A DNA stretch of 64,000 nucleotides from Phaeosaccion multiseriatum (taxonomy: Eukaryota > Protista > Ochrophyta, other classes). Position numbers and translations under genes: made by a program. A model generated the notes under the pieces. That model saw only the letters and a list, made by a program, of their open reading frames with translations, was not told where the DNA came from and ran no database searches. The stretch lies in assembly GCA_965112735.1 (NCBI GenBank), contig OZ218963.1:2480001-2544000 (forward strand). The letters are read 5' to 3'. Shown one piece after another: positions 11,551-23,073 of this stretch (position 1 is its first letter; every line of letters begins with the position of its first letter).

Positions 11551-12956
11551 TAGGTCAGCTTCGGATCTTCCCAGGAGAGGTGCGGTCCAACCTTCTTCAC
11601 GCCTGGTCTCAGATCGAGAAGTGTCGAATCCTTGTTCCCATGGGCCTCCTCCCAAGCCCCCAAACAGCTGCACTGCCACGGCACGGTCTCCACAGCCTCA
11701 GCATGCTCCATCGTGTGCTGCATCCCCTCCTATCCTCCCCCCCCTCCTCCTGCCCCCGCAAATCATGCCGCCCGCGGCTTTTTTCTAAAAGTAACACATG
11801 TCTGCACATCGCACAGGTGGCGATGTTCCCAGCGACCAGGCACAGCAGCGCTATGGCGAGGCGGCCACGAGGAAGCAGGGGTGCTAGCTCTCCTACTACT
11901 GGCCCTCGCGCTGCAGTGCTACTGCAGGGAGGCCCTCCCTCTCTCCTGTGAGAGAGCAGATGCCCTCTCTGCTGCTACAAGCCCAACTGTTTCACGCGGG
12001 CGTTGTCATGCTTTGCACTTCCCTTCAGAGAATGCACGGAACGCAGCAGTAGTGCGGAGCGCAGAGAAGAGGGCTCGTCACCGGCGGTCTCTGGCATTGG
12101 GCGCCACTGCTGCAGGCACGGGAAGGAGCAAGAAGGGAACAAAGGGGAGGAGGTGCAGCGTGACCATGAGAAGCGGCAGGGACGGCACGATTTGCTGCAG
12201 AGATAAGCTTGCTCTTGCAGGTCCGTGTGGACGAGCAGCAGATGGCATATGTGCCTTCCTTTACATAGGCGACCAGCAGGCAGAGGCGAGAAGCCATGTG
12301 CAGCTTGGCCGAAGCGAGGTGCGAATGGTGGCCTCCAGCGTGAAGCCAAATGGGGCCGACGAGGTGCTGCAGAGTGGCACTAACAGAAGCGAAGGGCCTT
12401 CTCTTGGGCCAGCGGGTGGAGTCCGCGATAAAGGACCGTGCTGCAGCGAGCGATGAAAATCAGCCGCTCGTGAATCCGCAGGAGGTGAGACCCCTTTGTA
12501 GTTTGAAGGCGGAGACAACTCTGATGTATCCGGTCTCTTTCATCCGCGACCTTCCAACACGCTCATTTCCCGCTCTTGTGTCTCCTATCTATCCTCTGGT
12601 GGCCCCTCGCTGTGCTGTGCTGTGCTGTGCTGCGCGTCCCACCTCCCCTCTTAGACGGAGGTGCAGGGGCAGACGGACATCAAGGTGGTGGAGTGGCGGG
12701 AGGAGGGCAAGGCCAGCATCTTACAGGGCATGCTCCTTCATCGATGAGGTGCGACATGCCTTCTTTCCTCAACTACGTACCGCCCCGCGGCATCCCCATG
12801 GACCTACTGCACCCGCTCATGATGGTGTCCACCACAGACAGACCTCACCATCCGCTGCGAGGAGGAGGGCGTAGAGATGCCTGGGGCCGCCAGGCCGCCC
12901 TGGACCTGCGGGCGCGCGTGTGACGTGAAAAAACTACAAAAAGCGCACATGTTTTC

Positions 12957-13205
12957 TGTGCCAAGCTGAGATAGTAAAGACGTTAGGGGGGTTTGGACCA
13001 AGTATATGCTGCGCTTATGATGGGGCGTCAGTGTCCGTATTGATAATATATCTCTACTACTCGCTGATGCAAAGCTTGTGTCCACAAAGAGGAGGGTGAA
13101 ACGCCAGAGCCGTTGAGCCCCCTCGGGACATGCCTAGGAAACCGACATTCTTATTATACCCCAGAATGTAGGATCGGAAACCCTCAGGCAGGACAATCTA
13201 CCACA
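12957..13205 (-). repeat. LTR3, same family and orientation
   Basis: 249 bp; one visible difference (tgtgcC vs tgtgcT); left flank TTTC, right flank CACG. Confidence 0.95.
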
Positions 13206-13246
13206 CACGTCATTTTCTTATTGTAAAGAGTCACGTTGCTCTCCAC

Positions 13247-13879
13247 CTAGGATAGGAGTAGCCGCATGGATAAGGTAATAGCAACCCCAAAGCCAGCCTG
13301 GCAGCCAGCCTTGTCTCTATTAGCTTTATCCGTGAGCCATCCTAAACGACCAACCTGCTGGGAGGTGAGTGAGAAACGGGCCACGCACCGTTTCTCACCG
13401 TATTTGCCTGGGCCTGGGCCATTGACATAATACTGACTTTCAACATTATAGTCAACTGAGAAAGATGAATCTACCAGCTCCATGAAGGTTGTTCCAAGGA
13501 CGTCAATGTCCCAGAAGTTTTGCTTTGGCGGCGAGAGATGTACTCTGAAAGGGGTCGCGCCATTGAGAGATACCTTGATACTGTTTCCAGGAACTTCGAC
13601 ACCCTTCGTGAGAACATCCCACGTAGGCCTTCCGAGGAACGTCTGGTATACTCCAGTCTCCACCAAAAAGGCTGATCTTATCCTCTTTCCCCTAAACAGT
13701 AAGTCCATGCCAACGAAGCAACGATGGTAAGATCCCAACACGGTGCCATTTAACCTCGTGGAGACAGGTTCTTTATTTCCAACCTCGGAGCGATTGATAA
13801 AGCCTAAGGCGGCAGCAACCTCTCCAAGAGTGACTACACCAATATCTCCATCTCTGCGCACGTTTTTAATATCACTCAA
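13247..13879 (-). pseudogene. Retropepsin-like (clan AA) aspartic protease domain, degenerate
   Basis: FLVETG (DTG changed to ETG) ... IDVLG motif; upstream ORFs are fragmented. Confidence 0.5.
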
Positions 13880-14189
13880 TAGGATATCGATCGCGGGTTC
13901 TTCGACAACGGGGGGGGTCTTCTATGTCGAACATCCTGGCGTCTTGTAGGGCTCGCGTTGACAGTGAGACACGCTCTTCTTCAACAATCTCACCTTTCCT
14001 GATCTCCGAGATGCCTTTGAAGCCGTCGAGAAACGGCTGTGATATCTCTGCCCCCCTGTCTAGACGATAAAGTACTTTGCTCCGGAACGAATTTTCCTTA
14101 TCTCCAGTTGTAATACCCCTCATGAGACCATGGCTGCGACGATACTGTCACAGAAAATAATCAACATCGATGCAATATTGATGAGGACG

Positions 14190-14758
14190 AGGCACATCTT
14201 GTCGGGATCACTAGATGTAACGTCCTCGATGCACCGGAACAAAACCTCACCGTCCTTCCTGTAGACGAACTGCTCCGGCGCACAGAAGAAGTTGACCCGA
14301 CTCTCCCCGTTGCTATCGATGTATTCCATGCCGCAGAGGCGCTGCACGTCCGCGTTGAGGTGAACGGGTTGCCCTCCAAGACACCCTGTTGTGGATCATG
14401 GGCACATGGTTTGTGTGGCGTGCAGGGGCAAACACATACCCGGATATCGAGACTGATATGGATCGGGCGTCAAACGCCCGTTTTCCTCCATATTCGGGCG
14501 TCAAACGCCCGTTTTCCCCCATATTCGGGCGTCAAATACGCCCGTTTTCCCCCATATTCGGGCGTTTTCCCCAATATTCACGCGTCTTCCACCTGACCCA
14601 CCTTGTTTTCACCTCCTAATCCTTCCGAGAAGCTTTTGTAACGGACAGTATGTTCTGAGGTTTTTGAGGCCAGGAATGGTTCATAGACTTCACAACAATA
14701 ACAGATCTACAGACGACGAATAACAACGCTAGCGTATCACTGAACGCGGGAAACCAGA
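14190..14758. repeat. Diverged direct duplicate of ~16681-17236
   Basis: Both encode QRLCGMEYIDSNGES..VN.FCAP.QFVYRKDGEVLFRCIEDV.SSDPDK on the minus strand, with shared flanks. Confidence 0.85.
14463..14580. repeat. 31-bp hairpin minisatellite (~3.5 units)
   Basis: tcgggcgtcaaacgcccgttttcccccatat; stem cgggcgt/acgcccg. Confidence 0.85.
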
Positions 14759-14980
14759 AATGATACCTCTGGGGACAAGGGAGCTTCTCTTCAGGTGATG
14801 CGTTGAAGGAAAGGGGTGAAACAATCGAATCTGTATGGTCTTTTTCCTCCGATGCACTCACATAAAGCTACCATCCTCCCTTTACCCCCGCTCTTCCTTC
14901 ACATCTGAGCAGGACTCTGTGGACGAGGGACCAGTGGTAGAATCGCTACCAGACCGCAATCGGAGAAAGAACTGTCTGAA

Positions 14981-15496
14981 TTGGAGTCGAAGGCACAGGA
15001 GGTTGTACAGGAGACAGTCGCCACGGCGGACGCAATCGACCACATCCTTACGCTCAAACAAGGCCGCGGCGGGAAGAAGAAACATATCGAGGATGAGCGG
15101 AAAGTTGCAGAAGAGAAGGCGAGGATCATGAGGGAGACAGCGCAAAAATTACAGGCTGCTTTTGAAGAATCTTCCGGGACACAGGACATTGAGAAGCTTG
15201 GGAAGTTGACTGCACTCGTCGCCGCACAGCTGGAGAGCTCAAAGGTATTTTTGAAAAGCTTAGAGTTGAGGCAGAAGGAGAAGGACCAGGCCAAAGGAAG
15301 TGGTATCTCCGGAGGAAGGGGTTCAAAGGTATCTTCTGACCCGGTCGATGACAGTGAAGAGGACGATGATAGAGACAGCAACGATGGAGACGAGGGACAT
15401 AGGGGAGAGGAAGAAGAAAAAGATGGGGACACACAACAGGATGACGATTACGAAGAGGAGGGGGGAGGGGGGGACCCAGGGGATTCCCCCAACTGA
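14981..15496 (+). CDS. Hypothetical coiled-coil/acidic protein
   Basis: 171-aa ORF with protein-like charged composition; start uncertain. Confidence 0.45.
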   Translation: MESKAQEVVQETVATADAIDHILTLKQGRGGKKKHIEDERKVAEEKARIMRETAQKLQAAFEESSGTQDIEKLGKLTALVAAQLESSKVFLKSLELRQKEKDQAKGSGISGGRGSKVSSDPVDDSEEDDDRDSNDGDEGHRGEEEEKDGDTQQDDDYEEEGGGGDPGDSPN

Positions 15497-15970
15497 TTTC
15501 ACGACAGAGGACCGGGGAAAGGGAGGAGGACAGCGGCAACGACGTTCCCGGGAGAGTGTACCCGAACTTGTCGGGTCTTTCCCCAGCTTCCCCAGGCAGT
15601 CAGTAATTGGAAGAAGCACTTGGGTCACCCTATCAGTCACAGAGTCCGTACTCCCTCTTCTTCGACCCTGAAACGTGGGATGCACTGGTCAAAATGGACC
15701 CTACCAGCGGTGGAGGGAGGGGTGGTAGACCATCTCCTACCCTTCGGGCAATTGCCAGGCAACAACTGGAGAAGGCTGCTCAACTCTCGAAGGGGAGCAT
15801 GTCAGTATAGGCGATAAGACTGTCGCAACCACGGCTCGATTGTAACTCCGGCATGTACCGTGTCGACAATAGATGGAGCACAGTGCGATGACAGGACGAA
15901 GCCCGGCACATTAATAGATAAAGCATCAAAGAGACGCGTACGGTCAAGACAGTAGTGAAAAGTAATCTTG

Positions 15971-17000
15971 TTAAGGTTGTTCTTCTACATAATCATCGTC
16001 TTCGTTGTCTTCATCTTCTACGCCTGACTCCCAGTCGTCCTCCCACTCTGACTCTTCCACATGTTGACCATGGTCACCTTCGTGGAAGAAGTAGTCATCG
16101 GAGATGTACTCGTCACTATCAGTGTCTGATAATACAACTTCTTCTACCGGGCAGAAGGGGAGGCCATAGCCTCCACACCCCCTCTTCATACACGGCACAT
16201 TCCTTCTCATCCACACTTGTTTCTCTTTTTCAAAGGGGCACCACGGGAAGGGGGATCTCTCTCCTGGGCCTCTGGGAGAGACCTCCCAACCCTCTGCATC
16301 TTCATCGCTCACATCCTTTCCCCTCCCTTCCCTCCTACGACGGACGAATCTGCGGCCACACACTACAACTCCCCCACCTTCCTCGTACTCGGACAAACTT
16401 GTGTCCCCACCTCCCAGAGTCCTGCTCCAGCGTCGCGAGGCGTAAGAAGAGGTTGAAGGGGGCCCATGGCTCCCCACCGATGACCCGATCATGTTTGGGG
16501 TCATCACAGAAGCTCTCTGCTCTCAATGTCGCCACCTTTTCCAGCGCTAAAAATGTCAAGCTCATCGGTCTCCGCATGCGAAGGCTCTCCGCCAGGTTGG
16601 TTAGAAGAGAGGGTGAGGGGTAGATGGACCAGAAATAGCGGTGCCCTGCACTGCTTCCGGTGTTGACGGGCTGGTAATCAAGGCGCAACTTGTCGGGATC
16701 ACTCGATGCAACGTCCTCGATGCATCGGAACAAAACCTCACCGTCCTTCCTGTAGACGAACTGTGCCGGCGCACAGAAGGAGTTGACCTGGCTCTCCCCG
16801 TTGCTATCGATGTATTCCATGCCACAGAGGCGCTGCACGTCGGCGTTGAGGTGAACGGGTTGCCCTCCAAGACACCCTGTTGTGGAGCATGAACACATGG
16901 TTTGTGTGGTGTACAGGGGCAAACACAGACCCAGGTCGGTAAAGTCGAGACTGATTTGGATGAATACACTGTTTACACGTGTATCGGGCGTCAATAACAC
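15971..17000 (-). pseudogene. Fragmented hypothetical gene (overlapping ORFs 16335-17000 and 15971-16507)
   Basis: Paralogous to the 14120-14347 fragment; acidic C-terminus. Confidence 0.4.
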
Positions 17001-17339
17001 CCGTTTTCCCCCATATTCGCGCGTATTCCTCGTGACTCACCTTGTTTTCACCTACCATTCCTTCCGAGGATGTTCTGTAACTGAGAGTATGTTCTGAGGT
17101 TTTTGAGGCCAGACCATGATCCATCGGTCAGACACCACAAACACCACAAAGAGGAAGCTCCAGTGTTCACAATAATAGCAGATCATGCAGACGACGAAGA
17201 ACAACGCTAGCGTATCATTGAAAGCGAGGAACCAGAGGAGGATGGATGGTCATGGAAATCAACGAGGGCTTTTCATCGACACGACAGGTGAGGACGAGAT
17301 GGATCATGGTAGGGAATAGGGACAGGGGTACCACATATG

Positions 17340-17650
17340 TGGAAACACACACCGTTCACAAACGTTTGTAGAAGGCGTCCTTGGTGCCATAGTCATTGCT
17401 TTATCCGGGAGGGGGTTGCGATAAGATCTGTGGGAAAAAGGGGGTGGTTGCAACATTCGGATATCCGGTTATCGGAGGGCTGTGACAAAGCAGGGGCCAC
17501 TTACATGGGAACACACTCTGTGTACAAACGTTTGTAGAAGGCGTCCTTGGCGCCTTAGTCATTGCTTTATCTGGGCGGGTGGTGACGATAGGATCATTGG
17601 GAAAAAGAGAGTGGGGAAAGCATTCGGACAACCGGTTATCGGAGGGTGAT
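17340..17650. repeat. Imperfect ~165-bp tandem duplication
   Basis: acaaacgtttgtagaaggcgtccttgg...ccggttatcggaggg occurs twice. Confidence 0.8.
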
Positions 17651-18607
17651 GACATAAGGGAGAGAGGAGGATAACAAGAACTATCACTGTGGCCCATAGT
17701 ATAGACCTTGGGTGTTCTTCTGTTGACAGAGTCGCCTTCTGTTGTCATTTGAAGGGATGTGTGCAGGGGGTGAGAGAAACATGGGAGACTGAGTTCATTA
17801 CCGGTTAAATGAGACACACGCGTCAGAAGGTACACAAAGCGGGACACATAGTACACATGGCTTGGTTGTGTGTACATACCCACCTTGGAATCACCTTATT
17901 GTCGACGGTACGGGCTGACCTGTTGGGGAAATCGTTCATTTATAGGATAAAGGGAAGAGAAAATGAAGGAGTTGACGGGGGCGTGTGTTACGATGCAAGA
18001 GATAGGGGGTAGGCATTGCAAGCATAGCAGAGGTCAATCGTGTACCTTAGGTTCTTGCCTTTGCACCCTTGTACGTCTACCCGCCCATTTGAACACCCTT
18101 TTCGTAGCAGGTTACATGAGATGGACGGGAAAAGGCAGGGAGGGTGGTCGATAGGAAGAGTAAGACGTACCGAGTAGTTGAGAGGATCAAATGCGCGATC
18201 CGTGTCGCATGGTGTAGATAGATGCACCTGGGATGACAAGGAAAGTAAGAAAGATATCATTACTGGTTGAAGTGACTGATTGAAGTGACTGGGACAGATG
18301 TGTGGATTGACAATGTAACTGTAGAGGGGTTAGTTGAGTTATGGTATTGCATGGTAGAGTGTACAGACCGTGTGATGAAGAGGGTGGGAGAGAATAGTTC
18401 TTGCATGTGTTGTGAGAAGCAGTAATGTGATCCGAAACAAGTGAGAAACCGATGTGAAACGTCACGTACGGGGGGGTTTGACATCCTGACCTTCCCATTT
18501 GCCTTCTAAATGCTTGACCCCTTCGTTTTGTACCCCTTTCCCATTGTACTCTCCAAGCAGGCATTTCTACAGTCTTTACAGGACAAAGAGAGGAGGCGCT
18601 GCTTCCC

Positions 18608-19249
18608 GTGTTTGACGATGTAGACATGGATCTATTGGAGAGCCTTGTGGTTTCGGAAGACACTATCGGAGAAAGGTTGTTGGGAGAAGCAGGGACAGGA
18701 GGGGCCAGGGGACATTCCCCAGAGAGCACAGGATTCGGCTTGTCTGGAGGGGTGGGAGGGGCCAGGGGACATTCCCCAGAGAGCACAGGATTCGGCTTGT
18801 CTGGAGGGGCAGGAGGGGCCGGGGGACATTCCCCAGAGAGCACAGGATTCGGCTTGTCTGGACCTACTTACGGGACAAAAAGGGGTGCAATAGCCAACCT
18901 TGAGTCTCCGGGTCATCACCTCACCCATCGGACAGAAGAAATGAGTTTGTCTTCGATGTTTCATCGGCAAATGCAGATGCAACAAGCACAGGCGGAGCGG
19001 CAGATGCAAATGCAGCAAGTACAGGCGGGGCGACAGATGCAAATGCAACAGATGCAGATGCAACAGAATACTTTGACTATGAGATTTTTCAAGGCATCGC
19101 ATGCCACGCAGGAGAAGATGATCGGGGTACTTTCCCAAAAGCAAGAGAAAACGGACCGAACCCTCATCTCCCTTTCTGACAAAGTGAATACTCTGACGAC
19201 CACATTGTCTTCTACGAGCCAGATCATCCGTGAAGAAAACAACAAGTGA
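18608..19249 (+). CDS. Hypothetical protein with 3 x 20-aa repeats and a Q/M-rich coiled coil
   Basis: 60-bp tandem repeat encoding GGARGHSPESTGFGLSG; QMQMQQ repeats. Confidence 0.65.
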   Translation: MFDDVDMDLLESLVVSEDTIGERLLGEAGTGGARGHSPESTGFGLSGGVGGARGHSPESTGFGLSGGAGGAGGHSPESTGFGLSGPTYGTKRGAIANLESPGHHLTHRTEEMSLSSMFHRQMQMQQAQAERQMQMQQVQAGRQMQMQQMQMQQNTLTMRFFKASHATQEKMIGVLSQKQEKTDRTLISLSDKVNTLTTTLSSTSQIIREENNK

Positions 19250-19347
19250 GTACATGGTCAGGTCATTGTTAGTCGTCTCGTGTCGCGATTAATACGGGTC
19301 TATACTTACTTCTTCTCCTTTGCACTCTTTGTATCCCCCTGTTTTCT

Positions 19348-20393
19348 ATGTCATGTATCTACAGACAAGGGGAGGCACTGGCCCGAGTGGAGACTAGAAC
19401 GGGGGAGATGGCGGACAATGCCGGTCGAAAGAGTCGCATGGAGAAACTCACCTTTCTCCAGAACATGTTTCTCAGTACACTCGTCCGCCTCTTCAACACC
19501 AAGACGGGTCTCTATTTGTACTTCCCGGTGCCCGTTAACGGAGAGGTGATGGTCGCGGTACATGTATGGGCAGTGGAAGGACTTCTACGAGTGTTATCCC
19601 CGTTCATTCCCCACGTCGACTGCACTTCCTTCAAGAAGAACTTTATCGATGATACCATCCGAAGCTTTGGAGGGGATGGTGTCACAGACATGTCGGACTT
19701 CACTGTTGTCGCGTGCAACGCCCTTTTGAAGCGAACCCCGTTCGCGTTCGGAGCTTCCACGGGAGACTTGCTTGTCGGGTATGTGGGGACTCGAATGCTA
19801 CTGGTTCCCATCGCGGACTGGAAGTACATGGCCAACACAATCGCACACGTCCCCATCCCCGACATTGACATTTCGGTCATCATGGACAAGATCAACTGTC
19901 GCCTCATCAGCCGCATCCACACTTTCGACTACGTGAACACGTTTTATCGTAAGGGGGGTGCCAAAGAAGGTGAGTGGGGCAATAGTGGTGTATATTGGGG
20001 AGAGTGTATACATACATAGAAGTTGCCAAACGTTCATTTCGCTTTCAATACCGAGTGTCGACGCTTGACGAATTGTCCTATCTCCTTCGACCAAACGCTT
20101 TCGATACAGATTACATCAAGGAAATGGTGTTCATGATGTCTCCTATTACGCGAGAGGGCATGGCGTTTGTGTACAATGAGGTCAACGCTCTCTTCGGCAA
20201 AGACGAGGAACCACTCGACCAGACCAAGCACGTCAAGGCATTTGCAACAAGGGGCTCATTGGGTACGATTTTTGAATTCGATGTAGTTGAGACCAGGTTC
20301 AACGCAGGGATGTATGGGAAAAGGGGCGGTGGGAACATTGTCAATGAGTCTCCTCGTCGCAAGAAGAGGCCTCGCAAGTCTCTCACTGTGTAA
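19348..20393 (+). CDS. Hypothetical protein, probably split or frameshifted (ORFs 19348-20019 and 19995-20393), basic C-terminal NLS-like tail
   Basis: Adjacent overlapping ORFs; PRRKKRPRK at the end. Confidence 0.45.
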
Positions 20394-20466
20394 AGACTAT
20401 TCAGTGTGTGTATGTGCCTGTGTGCAATATGTAGTGGTCATTAATTACACGTCTATGTACGTCTTA

Positions 20467-23073
20467 CTACACGAGTCGAACAAGTCTAACCATGCGTTTT
20501 TCTCCGCTCTTTGGCACAGTGGAACTAGATATCCAGTGCAGAGGACATGAGCCATCTCCCACCCACCGATGTCCCCATATGATACAGTCAATGTGGATAC
20601 TGGAGCATTCGCCAATGACCATCTCGTCCGCGGTGTACAACACGCGCGTCTCCTGTACCTTATTGTCCGAGAACCAGTCGATGGCCTCACGCACCCTCGC
20701 TAGTCTGCGAGGTCCCATGGCCGCGATGGATTGTGTCCGCGTAGAAGGAATGGACCTGGTCGTCGTCGTCGGGAGGAGATGTGCCGACATGTTGGATACG
20801 TCCTTTTCGGACAAATCTATGGCCACCAGCACTCGGTACGCCCGACCTCCGTAAGTGTAGTTCAAGGCGTTTATGCTACCCACGATTGTGTCTCGAAGAC
20901 TACACCTCTCTTGTACCATACTGCGCAGAAAAACATCTACCCCCGGACTGAATTCATCTCTCCCCCATACACGCAAGGGTTCGTCCTTCTCGCGCATTGC
21001 AGCGCTCTGCATGTGTTCGACCTTGGTGCTACACAGAGGACACTTGGTGCCTTTGCTCATGTCGAAGAGGGTCTGCATGCATTTCGTACACACCGTGTGG
21101 AAGCATGGGTAAAGAAACAATCTGTCCCCACAGTCTTTGTTCTCGTAACAGATGAAACACGGCTCGCGCAGACGCTCGACCTTGTTCAGGATGTCCTGTA
21201 GAGACTTTGTGAGCGCACTACAGTCTGTCAGTCGCCGGGCCAGCTTTTCATGGTTCTCGCGCATGTCAGAGTACTTCTCTCGACCTTCCGGGGTCCGTGC
21301 TTCTCGGCTAAATGCCTCCATTGACGACCTGCATTGCGAAGTCTCCCATGAAGGTAGTCCGCTTTGAACGGTCAAGTTTTCCACGAAGGATCCGTATGGA
21401 ACGCACCAATACTCCTTGAAGGGTTCGTCCTCTAGAAGCCTGACCCGCATAGCCACATAATCCTCTTCCTCTCTCGCCTCTGCCGCTTTCTCCTTGACTC
21501 GTGCAATGACTTCTGTCGACCCCTTACAATTCAGAATGTCTATGTTGTGGTCGGACAACATCACCTCGACGAAGTCCCTTTTCGACCAGTCCTTCTTCTT
21601 CCCGAACGTGCTCGGTCCTGCGGACTTGACGTATCCCACCATCCACGATTCGTAGTCGAAATTGTCAAACGAGTCCACCACAGTGTTCACCGCGGCCCTC
21701 CTCTCCGAGGAAGGCGTCGTCGTGACGGAGAGAAGGCGGAGAGGTATACTGTACAGGTTGTAGCCGTAGGCACCGTGGAACTCGCGAAAGAAGGCGTGGC
21801 GTGGAGTATCGTCCATATCCAAACGAGAAGAGAACGACGACTGCAGTATCAATCGGCCGCAAAGTGGGGGGACCGACAACTTGCTTGTGATCGGGTTGTG
21901 TACCCCTTTGGCGTGCGCCGAGTCCACTATCACTGCGTCCACGAATGAAGTGCTTTCTCTCCCTCCAAGTCTGTCCCTCATGGCCCCCGACTTGCACACA
22001 ATATTGACAGTGATCCCGGGCTCGGTCGACTCCATGTTGCCGTGTACGACATTCACCCTGAGTCCTGAGAGTAAAGACGCCCGCTCAAACACCCTCCTCC
22101 ACCTCCACGTTCTCCCTCGACGACAGTACACGACGATACCGGGCACGTGTGTGCCTTCCCCCTGTTCCATCGCATGGTCTGCGTCGATGTAAGTGTAACC
22201 TCGCTGCGAACGAAGAATGTAGTAGAGGCCATTGTCCTCCATGCACAGACCCTTGTCTGCTATGATCATCGCTGACAATGCCGACACTAGGGAAGGGTCC
22301 GCCAGGTCGTTCAGATCGTTCACCACCACATTCCCTGTTCCACTCACGCGAGGAGAATCGTGTCCGACTACCTCCGTCAAGTGTGTAACAGACACCGTCG
22401 ACGATCGCACGCTCTCCCTCTTACAAGAGGCAGAAACCCTAGGTGGGAACACTATGCGTCCAATCATCTTTCTCTGAAAGAGATAGAGTGATCCAGTGTG
22501 CGGCACTTCCTCCGAGGATACCGCAGAGTCCTCGTCAGCCTCCCCCCGTAGTCTTTTAACCTGGCCCTTCCTAAGGTCCGTCATGATCTCTGTGAACCTC
22601 GGGCTCTCGTCGAGGTTCACAGAATACCCCGTCTCCAGACTCATTGTGTCCGCCAGCGTTTTGTACGCACGCAGCATTACCCGCACCGCTTCACGCATGG
22701 ACCCTTCGTAGTGATGGAACTCAAGTGGATCCAACACCTCCTCTGGCGCCCCCTCCTCCTCGTCCCCAGTGTCCATGTCAAGGGGGTCGTCCTCCCTTCG
22801 AATCGGAGGACGGGGATACCCGGACGTATTCCCCGTAAGGTCCCATGCTGACTCACGTGTACGTCCCTCCATCGAGAAAAGATGACCATCGGGTCCATAT
22901 CCATAGTGGCCAAATTCAAGTGTCTGAATTGTCGGGTCTCCCCGGGGACCTGTTGGCCACATTGGGTTTCCGGGTCCGGGTAGGATATCCTTCTGGGGCA
23001 CGTTCAACCAATGGACGCCTACATGCCGAGACAGAGAGAGAGAGAGGAAAGTAAGGGCGGAGAAATATCCCAT
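20467..23073 (-). CDS. Large RING-finger (C3HC4) protein, possibly a degenerate SNF2-RING scaffold
   Basis: CFICYENKDCGDRLFLYPCFHTVCTKC...CPLC. Confidence 0.75.
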   Translation of the reverse strand: MGYFSALTFLSLSLSRHVGVHWLNVPQKDILPGPGNPMWPTGPRGDPTIQTLEFGHYGYGPDGHLFSMEGRTRESAWDLTGNTSGYPRPPIRREDDPLDMDTGDEEEGAPEEVLDPLEFHHYEGSMREAVRVMLRAYKTLADTMSLETGYSVNLDESPRFTEIMTDLRKGQVKRLRGEADEDSAVSSEEVPHTGSLYLFQRKMIGRIVFPPRVSASCKRESVRSSTVSVTHLTEVVGHDSPRVSGTGNVVVNDLNDLADPSLVSALSAMIIADKGLCMEDNGLYYILRSQRGYTYIDADHAMEQGEGTHVPGIVVYCRRGRTWRWRRVFERASLLSGLRVNVVHGNMESTEPGITVNIVCKSGAMRDRLGGRESTSFVDAVIVDSAHAKGVHNPITSKLSVPPLCGRLILQSSFSSRLDMDDTPRHAFFREFHGAYGYNLYSIPLRLLSVTTTPSSERRAAVNTVVDSFDNFDYESWMVGYVKSAGPSTFGKKKDWSKRDFVEVMLSDHNIDILNCKGSTEVIARVKEKAAEAREEEDYVAMRVRLLEDEPFKEYWCVPYGSFVENLTVQSGLPSWETSQCRSSMEAFSREARTPEGREKYSDMRENHEKLARRLTDCSALTKSLQDILNKVERLREPCFICYENKDCGDRLFLYPCFHTVCTKCMQTLFDMSKGTKCPLCSTKVEHMQSAAMREKDEPLRVWGRDEFSPGVDVFLRSMVQERCSLRDTIVGSINALNYTYGGRAYRVLVAIDLSEKDVSNMSAHLLPTTTTRSIPSTRTQSIAAMGPRRLARVREAIDWFSDNKVQETRVLYTADEMVIGECSSIHIDCIIWGHRWVGDGSCPLHWISSSTVPKSGEKRMVRLVRLV

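Noticed and set aside
11632-12923. Second gene in the LTR-bounded cargo
   Set aside because: Exon-like fragments on the plus strand, but no consistent gene model or motif could be built
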